Below are positions 30,356 through 39,807 of a stretch of 64,000 nucleotides of DNA, piece after piece. The translations under genes and the position numbers were made by a program. The notes below the pieces were generated by a model, which was given only the letters and a program-made list of their open reading frames with translations, searched no databases and was not told the DNA's origin. Position 1 is the first letter of the stretch. Every line of letters begins with the position of its first letter. Source of the DNA: Candidatus Bathyarchaeota archaeon (GTDB lineage: Archaea > Thermoproteota > Bathyarchaeia > Bathyarchaeales > Bathycorpusculaceae); assembly GCA_963827165.1 (NCBI GenBank), contig CAWGZR010000004.1, forward strand, positions 128,001 through 192,000. The letters are read 5' to 3'.

Positions 30356-32863
30356 TTACTTCGCCGGTGCTTTGTCGGCGGGTTTAGCTGCAGGAGCTGA
30401 GGCTGCCGCTTTGCGTTTTAGCATGTTCTCTAAAGTTGGACGAAGCTTGGCGTTTTCGGCCAGTATCTTTTCTTTTCCCAGTTCCTTAAGTTGGCCGCTC
30501 ATTTCCTTGACTATATTGACAAATTTCTCTCCTTCAGCCGACGAAACATAGTCAACCCTTAGTCTTTCCGGGCTCAATCCAAGCTTCTGAAGCATTCCAC
30601 CCAAAGCATCCATGCGCACTTTCATCCTAACGTTTCCAGAGATATAGTGGCAGTCGCTGGGAAGATGACAAGCGGTAATCAACACGCCTCCGACTCCCAG
30701 CCTAAACGCTTCCATAACAAAGTCCCGATCTACCCTCCCAGTGCACATTACCCGTATCGCCCTTGTAGTAGGAGGGTATTCCAGCCGGCTCGTCCCCGCT
30801 CGGTCCGCGCCGGCATAACCTCACCAATTACACATAAACGTCAGTATCTTGTCCTCAGGATCCCTTTCCAGAGCAGCTCTGATTTGCGAGGTTATTTGCT
30901 CATCCGTAAAATGCATCTGAGTTATAGCATCTTGTGGGCATTCAGCAACGCATGTTCCGCACCCATGGCACTGGGCTGCATTAATCTGAGCTGGTTTCCC
31001 CTCAACTGCAGTTATGGCACCAAATGGACAGCTTTTCACGCACACCCCGCATCTTGCTTTTACGTTTCTGCATTTTGCGATGTCAACTATCGAGACTATC
31101 GGTTCTATCGTCCATTTGGGTTGAGAAAGGATCGTTGCCGCCCTTGCTGCCGCACCGCTTCCTTGGGCAACGCTATAGGGTATGTCTTTTGGTCCCTGGC
31201 AAGCACCCGCCAAGAATACTCCGTCCATAGGTGTGTCCATTGGTTTGAGTTTTGGGTGACTCTCCATGAAGAACCCGTCTGATCCTCTCGTTATATGGAG
31301 GATGCCAGCCAATTCTTCGGCTCCCTTGCTGGGTATAGCCGCCGTGCTTAGAACGGCCATCTCCACTTCGACTTCGATGGGCTGCCCCAGCGTCGAGTCC
31401 TCTGCTCGGATAACCAAGTTTTTGGTCTTTGGGTCTTCCAGTATTTGAGATGGCTTTCCCCTGACAAAGATAACGCCCATTTCACGGGCTCTTCGATAGA
31501 ATTCTTCATAACCTTTGGAGGGAGTTCGTATATCAATGTAGAAGATGTAGACTTCCACTTCATTATGGTAGTGTTCTTTCAGAAGGATGGCCTCTTTGAG
31601 CCCGTACATGCAACAGAAACCTGAACAGTATTCGTACTTGTTTACATCCCTTGAACCGACGCATTGAATTATAGCGACGCTCTTCGGTCTTTTTCCATCG
31701 GATGACCGGATTACATGTCCACTTGTTGGGCCGCCCGCTGTGATGAGTCTCTCAAACTCCAAAGCCGTAATTACGTTATCGTATTTTCCGTAGCCGTACC
31801 TTGCATCCTCATATGGTAGATAAATGTCACAGCCCGATGCTACTACGATTGCCCCAACTTCTAAGTCAACTTCTTCTGGCTTTTGGTTAAAGTTAATGGC
31901 TTCACGAGCGCCGCAGGCGTCCACGCATTTGAAGCACTCTATGCAGTAATCCATGTTAATCGAGTAGATGAGAGGCACTGCTTGATCGAACGGAATGGAG
32001 ATGGCTTTTCTTACGCCTAAGTTCATATCCCATTCATTGGGGTATTCTATTGGGCAGGCGTCTTTGCATTCTCCGCAACCCGTGCATTTTTCGGCCATAA
32101 CATATCTCGGGTTCTTGCGAACTTTAACTCTGAAATTGCCTACAAAACCCTCCACCTTGAGGATGTCCGCATTGGTTATTACTTGGACCTTAGGATGGCG
32201 CAATACTTCCACCATCCTAGGTCCTTCAATTCATATGCTGCAATCCAAAGTTGGAAAAGTCTTGTCGAGCTGCGCCATGTGTCCGCCTATGCTCGCGTTC
32301 TTCTCGACAAGGTATACCTCGAACCCCATATTCGCCAAATCCAAAGCAGAGTTGATACCGGCAATACCGCCGCCGATAACCAAGGCGTTTTTGGTTACAG
32401 GGACCTCCATGGTTTCAAGGGGCTTGAGCAACCTCGCCTTGGCAACGGCCATCCTTATAGTATCTTTTGCTTTTGCTGTGGCTTCTTTAGGATCATTGGG
32501 ATGGCACCATGAAGCGAACTCACGTATGTTCGCCATTTCAAACACATAAGGATTTAGTCCTGCTTCACTTACAGTTTTTCGAAATGTTGGCTCATGCATC
32601 CTTGGGCTGCAAGCAGCCACGACAACACGGTTTAATTTGTGTTCTTTTATGGCTTTTCTGATTTCTTCTTGTCCCGGGTCAGCGCAAGTGTAGCGGTTTT
32701 CTTTAACATAGACTACGTCAGGTATGGTTTTTGCGTACTCGGCGACTGAGGGTACGTCCACTGTGCCTGCGATGTTCATACCGCAGTGGCAGACAAAAAC
32801 GCCGATCCGCAGTTCTTCTGGTTTTTGAGTTTCAGGTTGTTTTTTGGCTTCTGGATTGCTCAT
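30356..32863 (-). CDS. hdrA: Selenoprotein HdrA-MvhD fusion (~835 aa, Sec at UGA 32231-32233 and 30821-30823)
   Basis: Three ORF-track pieces share one frame and are joined by TGA: [23 protein letters not shown] and [18 protein letters not shown]. HdrA motifs CHCG, ACSP, GGGIAG, QCVGSRD, CSGFCC. MvhD motif RVMCTGRVD. Confidence 0.92.
30784..30814 (-). other. In-frame hairpin 6 nt 3' of UGA no. 2 (candidate SECIS/SRE)
   Basis: GCCGGC/GCCGGC stem, CG/CG, tandem GA/GA, CC/GG. Confidence 0.5.
32185..32224 (-). other. In-frame hairpin 6 nt 3' of UGA no. 1 (candidate SECIS/SRE)
   Basis: GGACCU-AGGAUGG-UG pairs with CG-CCAUCCU-(A)-AGGUCC: 15 bp with one bulge. Confidence 0.6.
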
Positions 32864-33792
32864 TTCACTATCTCCTCAAAGTTGAGTCTTTTGGAAACTG
32901 CTTTGCGCCTGTTCTCGCCGGCTCGAGCTTTCAACTCTTTAACAGCATCAATGTGTGATGTTAATCTTTCTAATGATTTGTTCCAAGCACCCGAATGAAT
33001 GGGCGTATGACGCACTGCTGTGCGCTTAACCTTTAATGCTTCATCGATGGGGCAAATATTTTTGCACGCGCCACAGTAGGTACAGAACAAATCGTTAACA
33101 TGAACCTTCTTGTCGCTGAGCGTTAGCGCTCCTGGAATCGGGCAGACGTCAAAGCAATCGGTGCAACCCTCGGGACATTTCTCCTGAGCGATGGCGATTA
33201 CTCCTTCAAAGGCTTTTTTGACCTTTATCGCGCCTGGACTGCATTTGAACTCGCATACTCTGCAAGTTGGGCAGTAATCCTTCTTGATGTCGAGGCTAAC
33301 CTGAATGCGTGCTTTGAAGCTAGGGGAAGAATCCGCAATGTTTTCGACGGGTTTGCCGTCAAAACCAACTTTCGACACTGTTATCAACCCGAATGGACAG
33401 GCGGCTTCGCATTCAACACATTCTTTAGGGCACTTGGAGTTATCCACTTTTATGTCCCGAACCAGCTGAGGGTAGCTGTCTTTCGCCAAGACAGAGAGGT
33501 CATGATTCCCATTTAAAGTAACCTTGATGGCGCCGTAGGGGCATGTGACGTCGCATATTCCGCAGAAATTACATTTAGCCAAATCAACATCAACTTTGGC
33601 TTTTTTAGTTTTTTCTCCGGCGTTCTTTGGCTGTTTTTGCGTTGTTATTGCCTCTTTAGGGCAGGCCAACATGCAAATTTGGCAGCCGACGCACCGTTTC
33701 TTGTCGAGAGTTAACTTGTAATTCTTAACTTGTAAATCCCACTCTAATGTTAAGGCATCTGCCGCATCCTTCTTTATGGTTTTAAACGGCAT
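32860..33792 (-). CDS. Polyferredoxin (FwdF-like)
   Basis: Six CxxCxxCxxxCP-type motifs and C-terminal HTPIHSGAW. Overlaps the hdrA start (ATGA). Confidence 0.85.
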   Translation of the reverse strand: MPFKTIKKDAADALTLEWDLQVKNYKLTLDKKRCVGCQICMLACPKEAITTQKQPKNAGEKTKKAKVDVDLAKCNFCGICDVTCPYGAIKVTLNGNHDLSVLAKDSYPQLVRDIKVDNSKCPKECVECEAACPFGLITVSKVGFDGKPVENIADSSPSFKARIQVSLDIKKDYCPTCRVCEFKCSPGAIKVKKAFEGVIAIAQEKCPEGCTDCFDVCPIPGALTLSDKKVHVNDLFCTYCGACKNICPIDEALKVKRTAVRHTPIHSGAWNKSLERLTSHIDAVKELKARAGENRRKAVSKRLNFEEIVK

Positions 33793-34170
33793 ATCTTTCC
33801 ACCAAGGGCTCTCCAAGCCGCCGAACAGAACACCAATGGCGGCTAACAGTTTAATTGGTAGGACTTAAAGTGCTTTTGATATAAATATTGCTTGAACAAA
33901 AACGTGCTTTCTACCATCAAAAACACCGGAAAAGAGTTTGTTTAGCTGACGGAATAGGTTTTAGATTTTATGTGTTTGTTTTTGAATCTTTGTACCCTTG
34001 TCCAACCTTTCCGCGCCCTATCTAAACCCAGTTTAAGCCATAAACCAGAAAATAGCCTAAAGTTCAGAAAAACTTCTGCGGCTGAAATTGTGAAGGCTCC
34101 TCTAGCTATGTCCTCGGTTGGCTTTCTTTGACGCCTATCTGATTTGATGAGCGTTGCCTTTTTTGGCCTT

Positions 34171-34250
34171 TTATACCATATTATAGAGCATAAAATAGCA
34201 TAAGATAGCATATTTCAGCGTATTATAGCATATTATAGCATGCAGTAGCA
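34171..34250 (+). repeat. Tandem array of ~8 x 10 bp (consensus TATTATAGCA)
   Basis: taaaatagca taagatagca tatttcagcg tattatagca tattatagca. Confidence 0.8.
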
Positions 34251-34360
34251 ACCAAAACAAGCCCCATTTCATAAAAGCAACTCAAAACACAAACGGAAAA
34301 TTTTCTCTTCCCAAAAAAGCGGGTCCACAGCGCTCAAATCTGCGATTCTATTTATAGACT

Positions 34361-34410
34361 ATTTGATACGTTTCAATACGTTTCGATACGTTTTGGTATG
34401 TTTTGAGATT
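34361..34410 (+). repeat. Tandem array of ~4-5 x 10 bp (consensus TTTCGATACG)
   Basis: atttgatacg tttcaatacg tttcgatacg ttttggtatg. Confidence 0.75.
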
Positions 34411-34555
34411 ATGGTTTCAAGTATTTCAAGCCCCAAACCAAAAAAACAGCTCAAAACACAAAGAAAAAAAAATTAGAGGAAAATTTATTTTGTTTAAGGA
34501 CACAAACAAAGAAAAGATAAAGAGCTAGCTCAGCTTACCCCAAGAGTTGTCAGAG

Positions 34556-35737
34556 CTAGTTTTCGCCTTGGGGTAGCCCGATTTTGCGCATGTAGTCACG
34601 CGCATATCGAGGATTGTATGCGAGCAGTTCTTTGCTTCTGAGTAGTCGGCGGTCTAGGCGGTCTAATGCGACTCGGAAAGTGGGTTCGATGCCCCAGCCT
34701 TCGCTTGCGCTAATGAAGGTGCCTCTGACAGTTCTGAATTGGAGACGGCAGTGGATCATGGGGGTTTCGCGGGTGTTTGTGTTGCCGTGGCTTTTCATGT
34801 AGACAAAGAGGGTGCCTAGTTGGAAGGCTTCTTGGTATTTGTGTGTAAAGGAGTCAAATTCGCCCATCATGAAGGCTTGCTGTTCCGGTGTGATGTCCAC
34901 TTCTTTTACGCCGAACTGAATCGACAACTTGCGTTCAGCAGTTTCAAGCTGACTTATCGGCTCAAGGAAATCAAGTTTGGTGACAACGCCGACAAGCCGA
35001 TCACTCGACGTAACTGCCACACAAGAAACATCATGGTCGTGCATCATTTTCTCAGCATCCCGAAGGCTTGTCTTAGGCTCAACCGTCACTACAGGCCTAC
35101 TCATGATGCCTTTAGCTGGAACACTTAGCGTTTCAATCTTTTCCCCAACAATGTCACCTGTTGTCTGGCGCCGTTGAGGCCAGTAAATGTTTTCCAAAAT
35201 ATCTTCAATACCAATCATGCCTACAAGTTTTCCAGAGTCCATGATTGGAACATGCGAAATGCCATATTCCCTCATCAAGCTTAAGACGGCTCCGACTGAA
35301 CGACTTGCTTCAAGAGTGTGCGGCGCCCGAGTCATAATTGTCTCTGTTTTGGTAGCTCCCCACTCCTGCGCCACCGCCGAATGAATAATGTGCTCATCAG
35401 TAATGAAGCCAAGAAGCTTGCTTTTGTCGAAAACCGGCAGCTGCCTTAACCCGCTTTCAATCATCAGCTTTGCGGTTTTGCTCAATGAGAAATCAGGGTT
35501 GACCGGTGGAGCGGTCTTCATTAGGGTTTTAACTTTTGTTGAGTTGAGGTCGAGTCTCGATCTTAGAATCGCGCGGCGAGTGATCATGCCTTGATACTTG
35601 CCTTTTTCGTTTAACACGGCTAAGACCGGAAGAACTCCTTTTTCGAATGCTTCTAAGCAACGGGAAAGCGTGTCGTTTTCCTGCACGCCGTTGAAGCTCT
35701 TTGAATAAACATCTTCGGCAGAAATTGAGGTTGCCAT
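34556..35737 (-). CDS. Four-CBS-domain protein with C-terminal HPF/RaiA-like domain (putative ribosome hibernation factor)
   Basis: Four CBS repeats. The C-terminal ...CRLQFRTVRGTFISASEGWGIEPTFRVALDRLDRRL resembles HPF. Confidence 0.75.
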   Translation of the reverse strand: MATSISAEDVYSKSFNGVQENDTLSRCLEAFEKGVLPVLAVLNEKGKYQGMITRRAILRSRLDLNSTKVKTLMKTAPPVNPDFSLSKTAKLMIESGLRQLPVFDKSKLLGFITDEHIIHSAVAQEWGATKTETIMTRAPHTLEASRSVGAVLSLMREYGISHVPIMDSGKLVGMIGIEDILENIYWPQRRQTTGDIVGEKIETLSVPAKGIMSRPVVTVEPKTSLRDAEKMMHDHDVSCVAVTSSDRLVGVVTKLDFLEPISQLETAERKLSIQFGVKEVDITPEQQAFMMGEFDSFTHKYQEAFQLGTLFVYMKSHGNTNTRETPMIHCRLQFRTVRGTFISASEGWGIEPTFRVALDRLDRRLLRSKELLAYNPRYARDYMRKIGLPQGEN

Positions 35738-36151
35738 AATAATCCCTTTGACTTAATGGTAAAAGCGGAATTTAAATGTTGCAAGGAAGCTAAGCATGCA
35801 AGAAAGCCAGCTATAACAATTATAAGAATCGCCAAGTCACAGTTATTGACATGTTTTCTGACATGAAAGAGGACGTTTCATCGCGCAGATATTCGAAATG
35901 CATTTAATGCCGATACTCAAAATCGTTCCATTACAAACTCGGTTTGTCCTATAAAAAACAACACTACAAGAAGTAATCGATAATATTCAAAAAGAAGTTT
36001 TACTGTTATAAAAGAATAGAACAATTTTTCCTTTTCGTTTAAATAACTCTTTACGGACATTATATGGTTGAGGAGCAGTCGGAATAGCCCACTTCCGTTT
36101 TTGTAGACAATAAGAAAGTGTTTTTAATACTCGCTTCAAGCGTGAAGGGAT

Positions 36152-36544
36152 TTGCTGGCAATGTCTGTAAATCAAAAAGAATTCGTGGAAGAACTGAAAA
36201 TCGAGTGGAAAAAGCTCTGGCAAGAAAGGTTCGATGACGGTATTAGAGCCGAAAGCGTAGCAGTCAAAGGATACGACCAGCTATTCGTCGACAAAGGCAC
36301 AATAATCAATGCCACACGCGATTTCAAAGCTTTAAACTTCAAAGAAATCTTCGAAGAGCACCAGGTTAAGAATGCGGAAAGATACTTCCCGCCGAACCCA
36401 AGAGTAAGCGGATGGATGAAATTCGCGAAAACAAAGATCACGGATCAAAAGAAGCAGAGAAAACGAGATGCTCACTTTTGCGCCCGTGAAAATAAGGAAA
36501 ATAAACAGTTGAAGCAAAGCGGACGAGGATGGCTGCATGTTTAA
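36152..36544 (+). CDS. Hypothetical protein
   Basis: 130-aa ORF with globular composition, upstream of the wHTH gene. Confidence 0.6.
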   Translation: MLAMSVNQKEFVEELKIEWKKLWQERFDDGIRAESVAVKGYDQLFVDKGTIINATRDFKALNFKEIFEEHQVKNAERYFPPNPRVSGWMKFAKTKITDQKKQRKRDAHFCARENKENKQLKQSGRGWLHV

Positions 36545-36585
36545 TGGTTTCTTGGATTTGAAGTTTATTTTAGGGGAAACTTAGA

Positions 36586-36918
36586 TTGCGTAATTATAGA
36601 GATAGAATGGACATAATCGCGGACATTCTTAATGTTGCAAGTCAAGATGCTAAGAAAACCAAGATAATGTATCAGGCGAATTTAAGCTACAAGGTTCTTC
36701 AACGTTATTTGGCTGAACTAGTTGATGCTGCACTCGTAACATTCGAAGACCACAATCAACAGTACAAATTGACAGCTAAAGGACACGAGTATCTTGACGC
36801 TTACAAAGTCTATGCTCGCTACAACAAGAGCATGGAGAAATACCTCAAAGATTTTTCTTCGAAAAAGAAAGTTTTGGAAAACTTGTGTCCAGCCAAAGAT
36901 GTCGCTACAAAAAAGTGA
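36586..36918 (+). CDS. Winged-helix transcription regulator
   Basis: RDRMDIIADIL...KTKIMYQANLSY...YKLTAKG. Confidence 0.85.
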   Translation: MRNYRDRMDIIADILNVASQDAKKTKIMYQANLSYKVLQRYLAELVDAALVTFEDHNQQYKLTAKGHEYLDAYKVYARYNKSMEKYLKDFSSKKKVLENLCPAKDVATKK

Positions 36919-37419
36919 CGAACAATCTGACAATCGATCAACAGATAGAGTAATTATGGGCTGCCTTCAAAAACGTGCTTAGAAACTGCGTATTTCAATA
37001 GTCCATCCCTCGAAGACTGTACCGGGTTGGACCACAGTTCGAAACGCTGATCGGTTTTTTGAACAATCGACATAGAGCTGTTCATGTTTCGGAATACGTG
37101 GGTTTTAGAAAGAGGCCTTTGACAAGTTCAAAACGAGACTTAACTGTATTTAACCTATTTAAGTTCTCAAAACGTGTCAGTGGTCTGTACTGCGGTCATT
37201 TTGAAAAGAAAGATTCTTTATAGGTAACGGGAGCCAACCCAGATTAAGATTCATTAATTGGTTTTTTCTCGTAGAACTAAAAAGCCTCTGAACATAGATT
37301 TTAACTGAAGAGGTATAGACCATTATTCGAATGTTCTGAAGATTTGGTCCTTATGACTTTAAATACTGGTTTTCGCTAAGCAATTTATAGCACAAATTCT
37401 GCTTTTTGGAGGTCTTTCC

Positions 37420-38187
37420 GTGACCGAAATTCGATTGAACGACCCAGTTTATATTACAACGCTCCGTGAAGAAAACGCTATAGAATTGCAAAATGCTAAG
37501 GAACAGCATCCGAATGTTTCAGTAGTAATAGCGACGCTCAACGAGGAAGAAGGAATCGGACCCACAATTGATGAGTTACAAAGGACCTTGATAAACCCTT
37601 ACTTGGTCGTTGTGGACGGAAACAGCGTTGACAGAACCATGGAAATAGCGAAAAACATGGGCGCCGATGTTATGTTGCAAGAAGGGATAGGGAAAGGAGA
37701 CGCGATGTTCCAAGGTTTCCAAAATATAGGTTCAAAAATCCCATACGTTGTTTTCACCGATGCGGACTATACTTATCCAGCTGAATACGTACCGAAAATG
37801 GTTGAGATTTTAGAGCAAAACCCTGATGTTGGCATGGTTATCGGAAACCGCTTCAAGGGTGAAAATAACAACAGTAAAACGGTGATGAACCCGTTCTATT
37901 TAGGCAACAAGATGCTTGCGTTCGCTCAGTTGGTTCTGAACGGTGTTAAGCTTGATGATCCCCTATCGGGCCTTCGTATTGTTCGCAGTGAACTACTTGA
38001 CGGGTGGAAACCTAAGAGCAAAGGTTTTGACGTGGAAGCTGAAATGAACGCCGTTGTCAGCCGCAGCGGTTACAGAATAGTTGAAATTCCAATTGATTAC
38101 CGGATTCGACTAGGCGAGAAAAAACTGAAGCTCAGACACGGGATAGGGATAATGAAAAGAATTCTTTCTGAAAGCGTGAAATTCTAA
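37420..38187 (+). CDS. GT2 glycosyltransferase (DPM synthase-like)
   Basis: TLNEEEGI, VDGNSVDRT, GKG, DADYTYP, GNRF, DPLSG, FDVEAE. Confidence 0.88.
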   Translation: MTEIRLNDPVYITTLREENAIELQNAKEQHPNVSVVIATLNEEEGIGPTIDELQRTLINPYLVVVDGNSVDRTMEIAKNMGADVMLQEGIGKGDAMFQGFQNIGSKIPYVVFTDADYTYPAEYVPKMVEILEQNPDVGMVIGNRFKGENNNSKTVMNPFYLGNKMLAFAQLVLNGVKLDDPLSGLRIVRSELLDGWKPKSKGFDVEAEMNAVVSRSGYRIVEIPIDYRIRLGEKKLKLRHGIGIMKRILSESVKF

Positions 38188-38239
38188 ACCAAGAATTTGC
38201 ACCTCACACTGCTTTGCTTGTGAACTTGGAATTTTTGAG

Positions 38240-38596
38240 TCACCAGTCAGATTTTCTTTTCCATACGTTCATTGTACATTGGCCCCAACAGTAAGAGCTA
38301 GCCTTGAATTGGCATCCATTGCAGCCGATGCCAGTGAATTTTGGAACGGACTCATATTTTGAGTGCACTCGAACGAAAATCTTTTTGGGTTCAGGCCGAC
38401 TCGAAGGCGGGCCATCTTTTTGGTACTTTAGACGCTGTGGACACTTTTCGTAGACTGAAGGGTCCGAAAAGATAGAGGAAGCACAAGTTGAGCCCCCACA
38501 TTCACGAACAGTTAACTCAAATTCTCCTAAACCGGTCTCAGCCTTAGCGTATTCACAGCAAGGCGCTTTCTCAACTTCCTTCTCAGCCTCAGTCAC
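38240..38596 (-). CDS. Cys-rich hypothetical protein
   Basis: Multiple Cys clusters (CC, C..C, CNGC...C...C). Confidence 0.55.
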   Translation of the reverse strand: MTEAEKEVEKAPCCEYAKAETGLGEFELTVRECGGSTCASSIFSDPSVYEKCPQRLKYQKDGPPSSRPEPKKIFVRVHSKYESVPKFTGIGCNGCQFKASSYCWGQCTMNVWKRKSDW

Positions 38597-38691
38597 ATCT
38601 TTCCCCTTCCCGTGACTGTCTTAGTAAGCCGACCTTAAGACTTTTGCTATTCGCAAGATAGGGATTTGGAGCTCTTTTACAAGAGAGTTTT

Positions 38692-38979
38692 CTATCGAAA
38701 TTTGACGGCGTAATCAGCTTCGAAGGCTCTTGGAGTTACTTGCCGGGTTTTGCCAACCTTTAACTCAACTTTGCCGCTTAGTGCTTTGAATTGTTGAGGG
38801 AAGCCCTCCACATAATCCAGCACGCCGCAAACGTAACAGAAGCTGCCATAAAAAGAAACCGTAACGATTTCGAGAGAAATTGAGACTGGCTTAGCCGTTA
38901 TTTCGGGGCTCCGCAGCCTGTTGTAAAGAGCGACGGCTTTGGCTATGAGTTGTTCCAGTTCCTGCTGACTCAGGGACAA
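38692..38979 (-). CDS. Hypothetical protein (archaeal, GSFCxxCG motif)
   Basis: YNRLRSPE...FYGSFCYVCGVLDY; follows pyrK in the same direction. Confidence 0.65.
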   Translation of the reverse strand: MSLSQQELEQLIAKAVALYNRLRSPEITAKPVSISLEIVTVSFYGSFCYVCGVLDYVEGFPQQFKALSGKVELKVGKTRQVTPRAFEADYAVKFR

Positions 38980-38988
38980 TGAAACGCC

Positions 38989-39807
38989 CTAGAAGGGTAT
39001 TCTTGAGCCGTCGAATCCCAGTCTTGAAATTCCCAGTTCCTCTTTGACTTCACGCAGTTGCGCCGCCGTGAAAACAGGTCCATCCCTGCAAACGCGGTAT
39101 TTACCGATGACGCAGCTTCCGCACAAGCCAATCCCACAACGCATAAGCCGCTCTAAGCTTGCTTCCAACGGCAGTTTTCGTTGTTCCGTCAAATCGAAGA
39201 TTTTCTTCACCATGACTTCTGGACCGCAAGTGTAGATCATTTCGAATTTTTCTCTGTCAAGCAATTTGGCTAAGGGTTCAGTCACCATGCATTGTAAACC
39301 GTAGGTGCCATCTTCCGTGGTTGTGATTATGCTTTTCTCGTTGCAGACACCGCCAAGTTCGCGTATGAAGAGAAGTTCGTCTTTGGTTTTTGCTCCCTCA
39401 ACAAAGGATAGACGCTCGGTTTTTGCGGCTAACTGCTTTGCCAAGAATAAGAGAGGCGCCGTTCCCGTGCCGCCTCCGACCAGCAGAACCCGGCCTCGGC
39501 TTTCAGTGAAGCTGTTGCCGAAAGGTCCCCGAACTCCAACGGTTGCGCCAGCCTCCATGTTGTGAAGATGCTTGGTTGCGTCGCCGATTTGTTTTACAGA
39601 AACGGAAACCAATCCATTCCCAACTTCCATTACGCTCAGCGGAATTTCGTCTATGCCGGGGATCCAAAGCATCAAAAACTGTCCTGGCTTCGCCTTTGAG
39701 CATAGCCTATCGTAGATGGTGAAGGTTTTCACAGATGGGCTCTCTGTTCGAACCTGAACGATTTCCGAGGTTCTAATTGTATTAGCTGCGATGAGCGAGG
39801 TTGACAA
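38989..39807 (-). CDS. pyrK: Dihydroorotate dehydrogenase electron transfer subunit
   Basis: PGQF, RGPFG, GGGTG, CGP, MRCGIGLCGSC, VCRDGPVF. Confidence 0.93.
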   Translation of the reverse strand: MSTSLIAANTIRTSEIVQVRTESPSVKTFTIYDRLCSKAKPGQFLMLWIPGIDEIPLSVMEVGNGLVSVSVKQIGDATKHLHNMEAGATVGVRGPFGNSFTESRGRVLLVGGGTGTAPLLFLAKQLAAKTERLSFVEGAKTKDELLFIRELGGVCNEKSIITTTEDGTYGLQCMVTEPLAKLLDREKFEMIYTCGPEVMVKKIFDLTEQRKLPLEASLERLMRCGIGLCGSCVIGKYRVCRDGPVFTAAQLREVKEELGISRLGFDGSRIPF

